A stretch of DNA of 64,000 nt from an uncultured Coxiellaceae bacterium (GTDB lineage: Bacteria > Pseudomonadota > Gammaproteobacteria > DASZBR01). The stretch is from assembly GCA_964559315.1 (NCBI GenBank), contig CAZLGL010000001.1, positions 175,183 through 239,182 of the forward strand, read 5' to 3'. Below, one piece after another: positions 36,899-46,622 of this stretch; position 1 is the stretch's first letter; each line of letters begins with the position of its first letter. The notes under the pieces are model-generated. The model made no database searches and was not told where the DNA came from. It saw nothing but the letters and a program-made list of their open reading frames with translations. A program made the position numbers and the translations under genes.

Positions 36899-38525
36899 GA
36901 CAATCTTGAAATTGTTCAATCGTGATAGGTTTAGTTAAAACTAACGTTGCACCTATTTCCTCAAACCGTTCGACATCCTGAGTATTTGCATGAGACGTAA
37001 TCACTATTATTCTCATATCATGTTTCATTTTTCGAATTTTTTTCATTACATCCATACCACTCATATCAGGAAGCGTAATATCCAAAAAAATAATATCATA
37101 CTCTTTTTTGATTACTGCATTTAATGCCGCTTCTCCCGTAGAAACTGCCAAAACTGAATGCCCCATTCCTTCAAACATCATTTTTTCAGCTTTTTGAAAC
37201 AACGCATCATCTTCAACAATTAAGATCTCGCGAATAATTTTATCGCTAGACTGAATATTTTCATCAACAGAAAATTCTTCGAAGGCCGTTTTTTTCTTTT
37301 TACGTTTAGTACCTTGTATAGATTTATACGGAATCAAGAGAGTAACGCAAGTTCCTTGCTCTTCTTTCTGTATTTTCAATTCACCTTTCGAAGCCTCAAC
37401 CATCATCTTAGCTAATGTTAATTTTAATGATGGTTTGCGGTAAATTGCTGCTTCAGGATCTTGTACAAAATCTTGGTAAGTTCCAAATAGATCATTAATT
37501 TGTGAAACTGCAATCCCGACACCAAAATCTCTAATCGTGATCTTGAGCTTATTCCCTGCATTAGCAATATGTATTTTTATGAGCCCATTTTCATGGCTAA
37601 ATCTTATTGCATTTATAAGAATTGTCTTCAGTGCTTCATAAACATTGCTATTGTCAATTTCAATCCGGGGAGGAACAGAGGGATCAACTGATGATTTAAT
37701 ATTTATCTTTCTAAGATTATAAGGACGCGTATCTTTGATTAAATTCGGAATCAAGTTGTCAGTAATAATAGATGTAAATCGACAATTAACGCCCGTTATC
37801 TGAAAACGATGTATTTCACCTAAACTTTTCAAGTAATCCAGCGTTTTAGTAGCCTCTTCGCCAATGATTCCAATATTTTCTTCAGCCTTTTGGATTACTT
37901 CTTCAAGCTTTTCCCTTTGTTGTGGCTCAAGCACCTCAAACACTTCTTCAATAAATAATTTTCTTAAAGATTCTATATTCTTTTTAAGAAACCCATCAAA
38001 CATTACGATATTTCCAACAGGATTACGCACCTCATGTGTTGTAATAGATAAAAATTCTGTTTTTGAACGATAAGCTTCTTCTGTTTTTTCCATTTGCTCA
38101 ATCAGAGCCGTTTGAGTTTCAGACAATTCAGTAACATCATGAAAAACACCTAAAATTCCTACTACTTCACCTTCATCATTTAACAAAGGTGCCTTACTCA
38201 CTCGAATTACACGATCAATCCCATCTGCTCCCGTCAGCGGTACTGCACGCCTTTGCAAAGGAAGCTTACTTTCGATGATGAGCTTATCTTCTTTTAAATA
38301 AACGTCTTTAGTGAATGGCGCCCATGGAAGGTCGTAATCTGTTTTTCCCACAATGTCTTCAATTGAATTAAAACCTGCGAGAGTAGCAAAATTTTTGTTA
38401 CATCTGACATACACAGAATCCAAGTCCTTCCAAAAGACGTATTCTGGAATATTGGATAAAATATTATCTAGATAGTAGCTATCTGAAGTACTGTTCACGG
38501 ATTGTGCTTTCCTAGGCTTGCCCAT
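36888..38525 (-). CDS. Hybrid sensor histidine kinase: PAS, HisKA, HATPase and a C-terminal receiver domain.
   Basis: H-box LSITTHEVRNPVGNI. ATPase region IRDFGVGIA. C-terminal REC ILIVEDDALFQKAEKMMFEGMGHSVLAVSTGEAALNAV...IIFLDITLPDMSGMDVMKKIR. Confidence 0.7.
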   Translation of the reverse strand: MGKPRKAQSVNSTSDSYYLDNILSNIPEYVFWKDLDSVYVRCNKNFATLAGFNSIEDIVGKTDYDLPWAPFTKDVYLKEDKLIIESKLPLQRRAVPLTGADGIDRVIRVSKAPLLNDEGEVVGILGVFHDVTELSETQTALIEQMEKTEEAYRSKTEFLSITTHEVRNPVGNIVMFDGFLKKNIESLRKLFIEEVFEVLEPQQREKLEEVIQKAEENIGIIGEEATKTLDYLKSLGEIHRFQITGVNCRFTSIITDNLIPNLIKDTRPYNLRKINIKSSVDPSVPPRIEIDNSNVYEALKTILINAIRFSHENGLIKIHIANAGNKLKITIRDFGVGIAVSQINDLFGTYQDFVQDPEAAIYRKPSLKLTLAKMMVEASKGELKIQKEEQGTCVTLLIPYKSIQGTKRKKKKTAFEEFSVDENIQSSDKIIREILIVEDDALFQKAEKMMFEGMGHSVLAVSTGEAALNAVIKKEYDIIFLDITLPDMSGMDVMKKIRKMKHDMRIIVITSHANTQDVERFEEIGATLVLTKPITIEQFQDCLKF

Positions 38526-38839
38526 ATGACCAAATCCTACTACAAAGGGAACTGAAGGCCAGTCAATATACTGTCTACCCCCCTTAAAATCAATAAATAG
38601 GGGCTCTTTTCATAAAAACTGGACCAAAGGCATTTTTTTCATAAAAAATAGCACAAATAAGAGTTTTTCTATAAAATATTCAAAATATCAGCGAATGCTG
38701 AAAGTTGGGTGGTTAGGCTTTATTGTACAATTCACTACTAATCAAATATCTAATCAATTTAATCCGCCTTAGTTATTCAATTCACATTTTGATGTTTTGG
38801 GTCGCAAGACAACCTAAAAAAATTTTTTAAAGTATAGGG

Positions 38840-40570
38840 ATGATATTTATGCGTATCGCAATCATCGGGGGCGGTGCTGCAACTGTGTCTTTGTTGCATC
38901 AACTCATTAATAAGCTCTCCGAAGCCTCTTCAAAGAAAGAGCTTCCTGACGATCACATTGAAATTTGTATTATAGAAAAACAAAATGACATCGGCCCAGG
39001 ACTTGCTTATTCAACAACAGACCACACCCACATTCTAAATCTACCCGCAAAAGTTATGAGCCCTATTCCAGAAGACCCCAAACACTTTTTTAACTGGGCT
39101 GTTGCAAACAAAACATTATGGCAAAAAGATTTTCCTCAGATTGATATTGAAAAATGCGATTTTCCTCCTCGCGCTCTTTATGGCGTATACTTAAAATGTC
39201 TTTTTTCTTCTTTAGTGCAAAGAGCAGCTGCAGAAAGAATTACTGTTACAACACTCGTTGCCCATGAAGCTATCGATATCAAAAGAGAAAATCATTCAAA
39301 CAAACTCAGAGTTGTATTTGCTGATCCAAGCACTGCTCCTTTGTTGTGTGACGATATTGTTTTAAGTATTGGCCACTTAGACTCTGATAATTATTGTGAA
39401 TTCAAAAAAACTCCTCCTTACCTGCATGCTCCTTGGCCAGTCGAAAATTTAAAAAGAATCCCTCCCGATAGCAGCATTTTTATTGCTGGCACCCGACTTA
39501 CAGCTGTGGATGTTTTACTCTCTCTTAAAACCAATCGACATGCAGGAAAAATTATTTTGGGCTCAAGATTGGGATTATTGCCTTGCGTTATTGGCAATGT
39601 AGATTCTGCATTCAACAGAAAATATTTAACATTAGAAAATATTTTTGCCTTATCAGATTACGGGACTAAAAAACTAGAACTAAACCAGGTTATTGAATTA
39701 TTTACAAAAGAACTTGATGCTGACACGACAAATAATGAAGCGGGTCGAAAAAAACCTTTTGTTCTTGATACTGCTGTTAATCCTAGAATCTCTGCTGTTG
39801 ATTTTCTCAAAAGCGAAGTTGAAGAAGTTCGCTCAGGTATTTCTCGACATTGGCAAAATGTTTTATTTTCACTATACAGTAACATTTCTGTAATATGGGA
39901 TGCATTATCTGAGGATGCAAAAGAACTCTTCATAACCAAATACTACAGTGCTTGGATGACTTATCTGGCAGCATTTCCGTTTGAGAACGCTGTAAAAGTA
40001 CTTGCCATGTTAGAAAGCAATGAAGTCGTAGTAAAAGGTCAAGTCCAAGACGTTTCATACCGGACGGAGGATAATAAATTCCAGATAACCTTTGGAGATG
40101 GCACACCACCTGTAATATGCGATTACTTTATTAATGCAACAGGAGCGGGACACAATCTTGAGCGAACACCTTCTTTGCTTCTGCAAAACATGGTTAAGAG
40201 TAGGCTTTTAATTCCTTACCCTCTTGGAGGAGTCAAAGTAGAGTTCAAAACGTTGCAACCTATCTCAGATGAATGCGTGGATGGTCTATATGTTATGGGA
40301 GACAGCGGCACTTATGGGGCTTGTATGGCTACAGCTGATTTAGGCCAATCGGGAAAACAAGCTTCTCGAATTGCTAACACTATCGTTGAAAAATTAAAAA
40401 CTTCATTGAACTCTAAAAAAACTAACAGCTCAAAAAGACATGCTACTGACCCCTCCCCCTTTATGTTCAAAACTGCAGGACGTAGCTTATCTGCAGGAAA
40501 CATTGAGCAATTACGAGCCGAGCACATGCCACAACAACAAAACTCCCTAACTACTCCACAACATAAGTAG
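38840..40570 (+). CDS. FAD/NAD(P)-binding oxidoreductase (576 aa). The start may be the ATG at 38849.
   Basis: N-terminal Rossmann dinucleotide motif MRIAIIGGGAATVSLL and a second IFIAGTRLTAVD region. The exact family is unresolved; it could be N-hydroxylase-like or a COG4529-type enzyme. Confidence 0.55.
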   Translation: MIFMRIAIIGGGAATVSLLHQLINKLSEASSKKELPDDHIEICIIEKQNDIGPGLAYSTTDHTHILNLPAKVMSPIPEDPKHFFNWAVANKTLWQKDFPQIDIEKCDFPPRALYGVYLKCLFSSLVQRAAAERITVTTLVAHEAIDIKRENHSNKLRVVFADPSTAPLLCDDIVLSIGHLDSDNYCEFKKTPPYLHAPWPVENLKRIPPDSSIFIAGTRLTAVDVLLSLKTNRHAGKIILGSRLGLLPCVIGNVDSAFNRKYLTLENIFALSDYGTKKLELNQVIELFTKELDADTTNNEAGRKKPFVLDTAVNPRISAVDFLKSEVEEVRSGISRHWQNVLFSLYSNISVIWDALSEDAKELFITKYYSAWMTYLAAFPFENAVKVLAMLESNEVVVKGQVQDVSYRTEDNKFQITFGDGTPPVICDYFINATGAGHNLERTPSLLLQNMVKSRLLIPYPLGGVKVEFKTLQPISDECVDGLYVMGDSGTYGACMATADLGQSGKQASRIANTIVEKLKTSLNSKKTNSSKRHATDPSPFMFKTAGRSLSAGNIEQLRAEHMPQQQNSLTTPQHK

Positions 40571-40592
40571 CCTTGAAATTACCAGATTAATT

Positions 40593-41024
40593 TCATCCGA
40601 GCTCTAACGCGGTTAGGCCAAACATTTTTTCATCCTGAGTTTGCAAAGGCTCTCCTCTATACATACGCATCGTTTTAAAAACTTTTTGTAAACCAAGGCG
40701 CTTCGCAAGATCAACAGCACAGGAATTAATTTCTGGAGTATCGATATAAAGAGCCATAAAAGCGTACTCTCTTGTATATCTCACACTTAAAAGGCAGGCA
40801 GCAGGAACATTATTAATAGTTAACAACATATATCCATTAGGATTTATTGCATAAAAGGCTTCCGCCTCATATTTTCCTGGATTCCATCCTTCTTTTGCTG
40901 ACCAAGTAAAAACCATTTCTAGCTCTTTTTTACACATCGGTTTCACACAGATTACCGCTGGAGCCGAGAGAATTCTTTCATTCTGATTACCATCCATGAT
41001 TACATCCTCGTCAAATCTATACAT
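40593..41024 (-). CDS. Small hypothetical protein (143 aa), possibly a GNAT-fold acyltransferase.
   Basis: The size and hydrophobic core pattern are compatible with a GNAT fold, but the sequence is not diagnostic. Its position between the oxidoreductase and the adenylating enzyme is suggestive. Confidence 0.3.
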   Translation of the reverse strand: MYRFDEDVIMDGNQNERILSAPAVICVKPMCKKELEMVFTWSAKEGWNPGKYEAEAFYAINPNGYMLLTINNVPAACLLSVRYTREYAFMALYIDTPEINSCAVDLAKRLGLQKVFKTMRMYRGEPLQTQDEKMFGLTALELG

Positions 41025-41107
41025 TAAAGCTATTATAGCTCCACTATTTCATACCAATCATCACCTTCTTAAATTTTAAAAAACCTGATTTATTAAAGGG
41101 ACACTTT

Positions 41108-42655
41108 GTGTTAAATAATACTGGTCAACTAACTCTACCAATCCATCACATTCATCAACTTATCGAGTGGCATTCTAAATCAACCCCCAATTCAATTGCC
41201 ATTACTCATAATGACAAAACAGTCACCTACAAAGAACTAAATGAAAGATCAAATCAAATTGCTAATTTTCTAATTGAAAAAGGAGTTCAAAAAGACACTT
41301 TCGTTGGAGTTATACTCAAAAAATCTATCGAAATGATAATTGCAATTTTAGGCATACTAAAAGCAGGTGGAGCTTTTCTTTTAATCGACTCAGAACATCC
41401 GACTGAACGAATTTCTTACATGCTAAACGATGCCAGCATCTCATATATATTGACACACCACTCTTTATTCAAAGAAGTATTTAATCAATATGCCGAGCAA
41501 ATCTGTCTAGAATCTCATCAAGAAAATACAATTACTTTCTCCAATGAAAATCCCGAATTATCAATTAAGCCAGAGAACTTAGCCTGCTTACATTACACTT
41601 CTGGTTCAACTGGCACTCCTAGAGGAGTAATGATTACTCATGAAAACTTAATAAATGCTTACCTCGATTGGATGACTGTTTACAAGTTGTCTTCTAACGA
41701 TTGTCACTTACAGATGGCCAATTTTACTTTTGATGTTTTTACTGGAGACTTAATTCGAGCATTATGTTCAGGAGGGAAATTAACACTTTGCCCCAAAAGA
41801 ACATTGTTAAATCCGAAAAAACTTTATGAACTTCTTCTTAAGGAAAAAATAAATTGCGCAGAATTTGTTCCAACAATTTTAAGAAGGCTTTTAAGTTATG
41901 CTCATTCAAACCAACTTTCTTTAGATTTTATCCGATTATTAATATGTGGCTCAGATAATTGGTCAATGCACGAATATCGGGAAACACAGAAAATATGTGG
42001 CGAGAATACAAGGGTAATTAATTCATATGGCTTAACTGAAACGACCATAGATAGCACATATTTTGAGAATCCAATTTCTACCTTAGAAAAATTTGATCTA
42101 GATCAAACCGTTCCTATTGGAATACCTTTTCCACACACTGAATTATTTATTCTAGATGAAAATCTACAACCTGTACCCGAGGGAAATATTGGTGAAATTT
42201 ATATCGGGGGGCCTGGACTTGCCAAAGGTTACCTCAACAATCCTGTACTCACGACTACAAAATTTATTGTTCACACCACTCACAAAAAAAACTTTTATAA
42301 AACTGGCGATCTCGGAAGCTATGCGCCTGATGGGAATATTAATTTTTTAGGTCGAATTGATAATCAAATTAAAATTAGAGGAATGCGCATAGAATTAAGT
42401 GATATTGAAAATACGCTCAACCGACACAATTCAATTGCAGATAATCTTATATCTGTTTCAATTGGTAAAAACAAAGAAAAAATTCTGGTCGCTTATGTTG
42501 TATTAAATAACGGTTTTGAACTGAATATCCCTGAACTTCGAAAGTTCTTACAAACCAAACTTCCTCAGTACATGATTCCATCTACTTTCGTTAAACTCGA
42601 CGCACTACCCGTGACAGCTAGTGGAAAGCTCAACAGAAAACTATTAGTTATTTAG
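41108..42655 (+). CDS. Stand-alone AMP-binding / adenylation-domain enzyme (ANL superfamily, amino-acid-adenylating type).
   Basis: Core motifs LHYTSGSTGTPRGV (A3), YKTGDLG (A7), GRIDNQIKIRGMRIEL (A8) and LPVTASGKLNRKLL (A10). Confidence 0.75.
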   Translation: MLNNTGQLTLPIHHIHQLIEWHSKSTPNSIAITHNDKTVTYKELNERSNQIANFLIEKGVQKDTFVGVILKKSIEMIIAILGILKAGGAFLLIDSEHPTERISYMLNDASISYILTHHSLFKEVFNQYAEQICLESHQENTITFSNENPELSIKPENLACLHYTSGSTGTPRGVMITHENLINAYLDWMTVYKLSSNDCHLQMANFTFDVFTGDLIRALCSGGKLTLCPKRTLLNPKKLYELLLKEKINCAEFVPTILRRLLSYAHSNQLSLDFIRLLICGSDNWSMHEYRETQKICGENTRVINSYGLTETTIDSTYFENPISTLEKFDLDQTVPIGIPFPHTELFILDENLQPVPEGNIGEIYIGGPGLAKGYLNNPVLTTTKFIVHTTHKKNFYKTGDLGSYAPDGNINFLGRIDNQIKIRGMRIELSDIENTLNRHNSIADNLISVSIGKNKEKILVAYVVLNNGFELNIPELRKFLQTKLPQYMIPSTFVKLDALPVTASGKLNRKLLVI

Positions 42656-42673
42656 CTTTTAACCAAAGCACAA

Positions 42674-43597
42674 TTATTTTTTTCTTAATTTTTCAGCATC
42701 TTCAGTTCTAACCCCTGTTTTCGCAGAATAATTTTTTATGACTTCTATTATTTCATTAAAACAGGCTTCTTGTTCTGTACGATCGCAAATTCCAAACTGA
42801 ACCATTAATTTTGCAGTACTCGCATAAGCAAGTAAATAATCCCCATCGATACTAATAACTCTTTCCCCACCTTCTTGAATAACTTCATTTTGAGGACGAG
42901 TGATTGGTGAAGCTGGAAAAAAATTTAGCGCAATGGAAATCAGATTTTTATTAGGCACTGAAGAAAGCTTATTTTTATTCTTAATAAAAACGATATACCC
43001 ACAAAAAATCAGATCTTTATTGTAATTTTGGACAACAAATTCATTTGCAGCATTTAGATGCTGTCCCGGATAGCACACAATCCCCTTGTAAATCATGAAA
43101 AACGTATTTTCTTCTAACAAATATGATTTGGAGCTTTCTGCATCAGCTTTATGAGAATGCCGATTTGACAATAATTTTACTTTGGTACGAAATTCTTCAC
43201 TCTCATCATACAATCTAGTCAAAAATTGAAGCGCACACTTAAACTCATCAGTCTCAATAATTGTTCGCCAACCTACGACTTCCAATTCTATATCGGGATC
43301 CAACTTCGACAAAGCATCTTTATTTTCTCCCTTCCATTTATCAAAGAGAGCTTCTGCAGCCTGTTTACCTATGTAATGTCGTTGCAAATAACAACTTAAA
43401 ACAATCTTTAATCTTTTTACTCTGTTTTTATGCTGATTAACTAAAACTATAAATGCTTCCAAATCTTCGCCAGTCTGTTTTTCATTTTCCATGCTGACGG
43501 CCAAAGTCAAAGTCGTACGCTCTTTTGTGTTTAACCCTTTGATGAATTTGGCTTTTTTACCAGCTCTACCACCTTCGTCGACATCATCTGAATACAT
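42674..43597 (-). CDS. Hypothetical protein (307 aa).
   Basis: ORF track; no recognisable domain. Confidence 0.45.
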   Translation of the reverse strand: MYSDDVDEGGRAGKKAKFIKGLNTKERTTLTLAVSMENEKQTGEDLEAFIVLVNQHKNRVKRLKIVLSCYLQRHYIGKQAAEALFDKWKGENKDALSKLDPDIELEVVGWRTIIETDEFKCALQFLTRLYDESEEFRTKVKLLSNRHSHKADAESSKSYLLEENTFFMIYKGIVCYPGQHLNAANEFVVQNYNKDLIFCGYIVFIKNKNKLSSVPNKNLISIALNFFPASPITRPQNEVIQEGGERVISIDGDYLLAYASTAKLMVQFGICDRTEQEACFNEIIEVIKNYSAKTGVRTEDAEKLRKK

Positions 43598-43618
43598 ATA
43601 GGCTCCCCTTTTGTATTT

Positions 43619-43933
43619 TCAAGTCTTTATAAGGTCACTAGGAAGAATAGTGTTAATTTGCTTTTTATAAACTAGTTGAGGAACAGGGGTATTTAAAAAA
43701 ACAATATCATCTGTTAAACCAATAATTTTGCCCGTAAGCCTTACGCCATTTTTAAGGTAAATAGAAACATAAGATTGGTTTTCGATAAGCTGCTTAAGAA
43801 ACCTCGATTGACAGTCCATAGATATATACATCGTTAATCTCCTTATAAACGATTCAAACAAATTATCTCTGTAAACTGATCCTATCAAAATATATGTTTT
43901 ACGCAATATTTCATCTTGAAAAGGCTCAATCAT
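43619..43933 (-). CDS. hfq: Hfq-like (Sm-fold) RNA chaperone paralogue with an N-terminal extension of about 45 aa.
   Basis: FLKQLIENQSYVSIYLKNGVRLTGKIIGLTDDIVFLNTPVPQLVYKKQINTILP aligns to the Hfq Sm1/Sm2 motifs (VSIYLVNGIKLQG...ILL...QMVYKHAISTVVP). Confidence 0.6.
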   Translation of the reverse strand: MIEPFQDEILRKTYILIGSVYRDNLFESFIRRLTMYISMDCQSRFLKQLIENQSYVSIYLKNGVRLTGKIIGLTDDIVFLNTPVPQLVYKKQINTILPSDLIKT

Positions 43934-44475
43934 TTTCGCATCCTAAGCCAAGATGTATCATTTTCTTCCAGCGAAAATGAAAAAATTGCACTTTTTACAG
44001 GTTCGATTTGGGGCTCATCTCCTTCACTGACTAAAAGCAGCGGAGATACAGAATCAAGATTTTTTTCGGCTTTCAGTTCATTCAGTTGGCCCTTCACGTC
44101 GCACAAACTTTCATTCATCGCTGTTATTTGATCTATCAGATCTTGTGTAACAGGATTTTCATAGGCTTGAATTATGGGCATTATGGAATTTTTTAAACGG
44201 CTCCGCCCTGTTTTAAAAATCCACCATCCGGTCTTTATCTGAGAAAGATGCCGTTTAACGGCATCCATATAACTGCTTAAGTTGGGATAGTACTCATCGA
44301 GAATGACACGAATACTTATAACATCCAGAGAACGATGTTCAGGCATTGGATTCTTTTCAGTAAAAAAGTTTTCATATTCGCGTATCGCTCGATTAACATG
44401 CGTTCTAAAATTTTCAATGTGATCGAACATGACTTCTCCTCTCTTTAATGATTTGTTGTATCTCAGAAGTACCAT
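43930..44475 (-). CDS. Hypothetical protein (181 aa).
   Basis: ORF track. Confidence 0.4.
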   Translation of the reverse strand: MVLLRYNKSLKRGEVMFDHIENFRTHVNRAIREYENFFTEKNPMPEHRSLDVISIRVILDEYYPNLSSYMDAVKRHLSQIKTGWWIFKTGRSRLKNSIMPIIQAYENPVTQDLIDQITAMNESLCDVKGQLNELKAEKNLDSVSPLLLVSEGDEPQIEPVKSAIFSFSLEENDTSWLRMRK

Positions 44476-46012
44476 ATTTTTCGAGATAATCGTAGATGCT
44501 TGCCGTTACTTTTTCAATTCGACTGTTTTGCTCAATCAGATCGCTCAATCTTTTAACGCATTCCTTTTCTCGATGCAGAAGAACAATTGCATTTAAAGCA
44601 AGCCCCAAAATTTGTCTGTCATCGCTTGTATAAAAAATACTAAAAAAGTCTTTTTTATGAAGACCTAAAAAAGTTTTGTCTGTCATCGTAAGGCTCGGAA
44701 GTACTCTTACATCTACCACATTCGATGCGAGCATTTGCTGTTTTAGCTTCATAAAATAGTCTTGTGCTTCACTACTTAGATTAAATCTTACGCAGACAGC
44801 GCTTAGTAACAAATTTTCTAATTCGTTAATTTTATCTTCAGGACTATTTACCAGCCCTGTTCCTTTTTCTTCAATTGTTTCGGAAACATCAAGTGCGCTG
44901 ACTGCTTCACTCTGACTGTCTGCATTTTCATCTTTATGAACAAGATGCTGCTGAAGAGATGCACGATAATCCTGAACATACTCTTTTTCTTTTTGAAGAA
45001 AGTACTGCATTTTCTCAATACGAATAAGCGTATTTTTATTAAAAAATCGACGCCACCATTTAGACAAAAATGCTTGTCTTTCACTCAATATTCTTTTGGC
45101 CTGCTTAATTAACAGCAGACTCGCATCACTAACTTCAAGTTGAGTATTAATATCTTCATTTTTTAAGCGCTGCTTACGTAAAAAATGAGAGGCAATTTCA
45201 AGTCTTGCTAAACTGTAAATTAGATAAGGATTATTCAATATTGGATTTGCGGAAAGCTGAAAAGCCGTAGTAACCCAGGGCAAGAGTGATAAACGCTTTC
45301 TCGCCTTTTCATCTGAGGAGCTTCGAACAATATTATAAAAATCATGGAAATGAGATTGGCTGAATTTATCTTCGACTAAATCCGTTGAATTCAAACGATA
45401 TAAGATATCGCCATGCTCCAAAGAATAATCTTTCGATGCTTGAACAAGCCTTTGCAGCATTGCCCGAATTATCTTTTGTCGTTCCTTATGTATAAGACTT
45501 AATTGATTCTCTATATAGTGAAAGTAAGTTGTTCTGACAAATGAAGGTACTCGACGAAAGAGTCGAAATCTTGAACGTTTTACTTCATTTCTTGCATAAC
45601 TAAGCACATTTTCAAGTAATCGCAGCATGTCATGCGCTTCCAACAAAGCATCATGACTAAAATGCGCAAAACCTTCGTTTATAAGCGGAGCACACTTCGC
45701 TCTCTCCTGACGCAACAAAAAATTTCTTGTTGCTTCACCGTCTCTCTTACGTTCAGCTACTAGCTTTCGCAATGCGACTAAACTTCGAGAATTCGCAAGT
45801 TGTGACTCATATTCATGAATACGTTTTCCCCGAAAACTCTTGTGTAAATAATAGGCGCCGCGGTAGGAGGCAAACCCTTTGAAAAGAAAGTCATTAAATT
45901 CACTCGAAAATACTTTCAAACCAAATGTGGTATTCACATCCACTTTCTGGGAGGGAAGCTCTTGGTTATGCGCAACAAGCAAAGAAGAAAGATCAAACAA
46001 CTCAAAAGCCAT
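44414..46012 (-). CDS. Hypothetical protein (532 aa), helical and basic, possibly effector-like.
   Basis: ORF track; no recognisable domain. Confidence 0.45.
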   Translation of the reverse strand: MAFELFDLSSLLVAHNQELPSQKVDVNTTFGLKVFSSEFNDFLFKGFASYRGAYYLHKSFRGKRIHEYESQLANSRSLVALRKLVAERKRDGEATRNFLLRQERAKCAPLINEGFAHFSHDALLEAHDMLRLLENVLSYARNEVKRSRFRLFRRVPSFVRTTYFHYIENQLSLIHKERQKIIRAMLQRLVQASKDYSLEHGDILYRLNSTDLVEDKFSQSHFHDFYNIVRSSSDEKARKRLSLLPWVTTAFQLSANPILNNPYLIYSLARLEIASHFLRKQRLKNEDINTQLEVSDASLLLIKQAKRILSERQAFLSKWWRRFFNKNTLIRIEKMQYFLQKEKEYVQDYRASLQQHLVHKDENADSQSEAVSALDVSETIEEKGTGLVNSPEDKINELENLLLSAVCVRFNLSSEAQDYFMKLKQQMLASNVVDVRVLPSLTMTDKTFLGLHKKDFFSIFYTSDDRQILGLALNAIVLLHREKECVKRLSDLIEQNSRIEKVTASIYDYLEKYGTSEIQQIIKERRSHVRSH

Positions 46013-46077
46013 TGTGTGTTCCTTTAATTATTCGTTATAAAAATTATTGGCTTAATTTTTTGATTCGTCAAGAGACT

Positions 46078-46590
46078 TTAGAAAAGTATATCGCGCTCAA
46101 GCTTAAACAGTATTTGCTTCCGCTCTACTCCACCCCAATACCTAGAATCCCAGCTATTAGGATCATTGGTACCTATCAACCAGTATTTTTGAGTATTGAG
46201 ATAAATACCCCTCGGGAATACTTCAAGCGCATGACCATGACTATCGATATATTTTGTGGCGTAGTGGAATGTTTTTCCGTTCACGATGATCGCGTTATTT
46301 TTCAACTCAACGATGTCCCCCGGAATTGCAATGACAGTTTTTATGAGCGGAGGGCTTTTTCCACATCTTAATCCAGGTAAAAGATAATTGCGCTTTAATC
46401 CCAAATTCTCAATATTAGGCGTTAAACATAGCGCTACGATATCTCCACGCTTAATTGACGCCGCACTGTTAAAACGATGGATTTTATAAATACCTAAAGG
46501 CTCACTGGGTGTAACGTTGAGAATAAAATTTTGATACAAAAAAACTGAAGCAAAAATAACAAACACTAAAATAATTATTTTGGTTTTCAT
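46078..46590 (-). CDS. traF: Conjugal-transfer TraF, a signal peptidase I (S26)-like pilin-processing peptidase.
   Basis: N-terminal TM, then NVTPSEPLGIY and NDPNSWDSRYWG, which match the S26/TraF Ser-Lys dyad regions. Confidence 0.65.
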   Translation of the reverse strand: MKTKIIILVFVIFASVFLYQNFILNVTPSEPLGIYKIHRFNSAASIKRGDIVALCLTPNIENLGLKRNYLLPGLRCGKSPPLIKTVIAIPGDIVELKNNAIIVNGKTFHYATKYIDSHGHALEVFPRGIYLNTQKYWLIGTNDPNSWDSRYWGGVERKQILFKLERDILF

Positions 46591-46622
46591 TTACCGCTTG
46601 CACTCCTCTTTAATATTTTATT

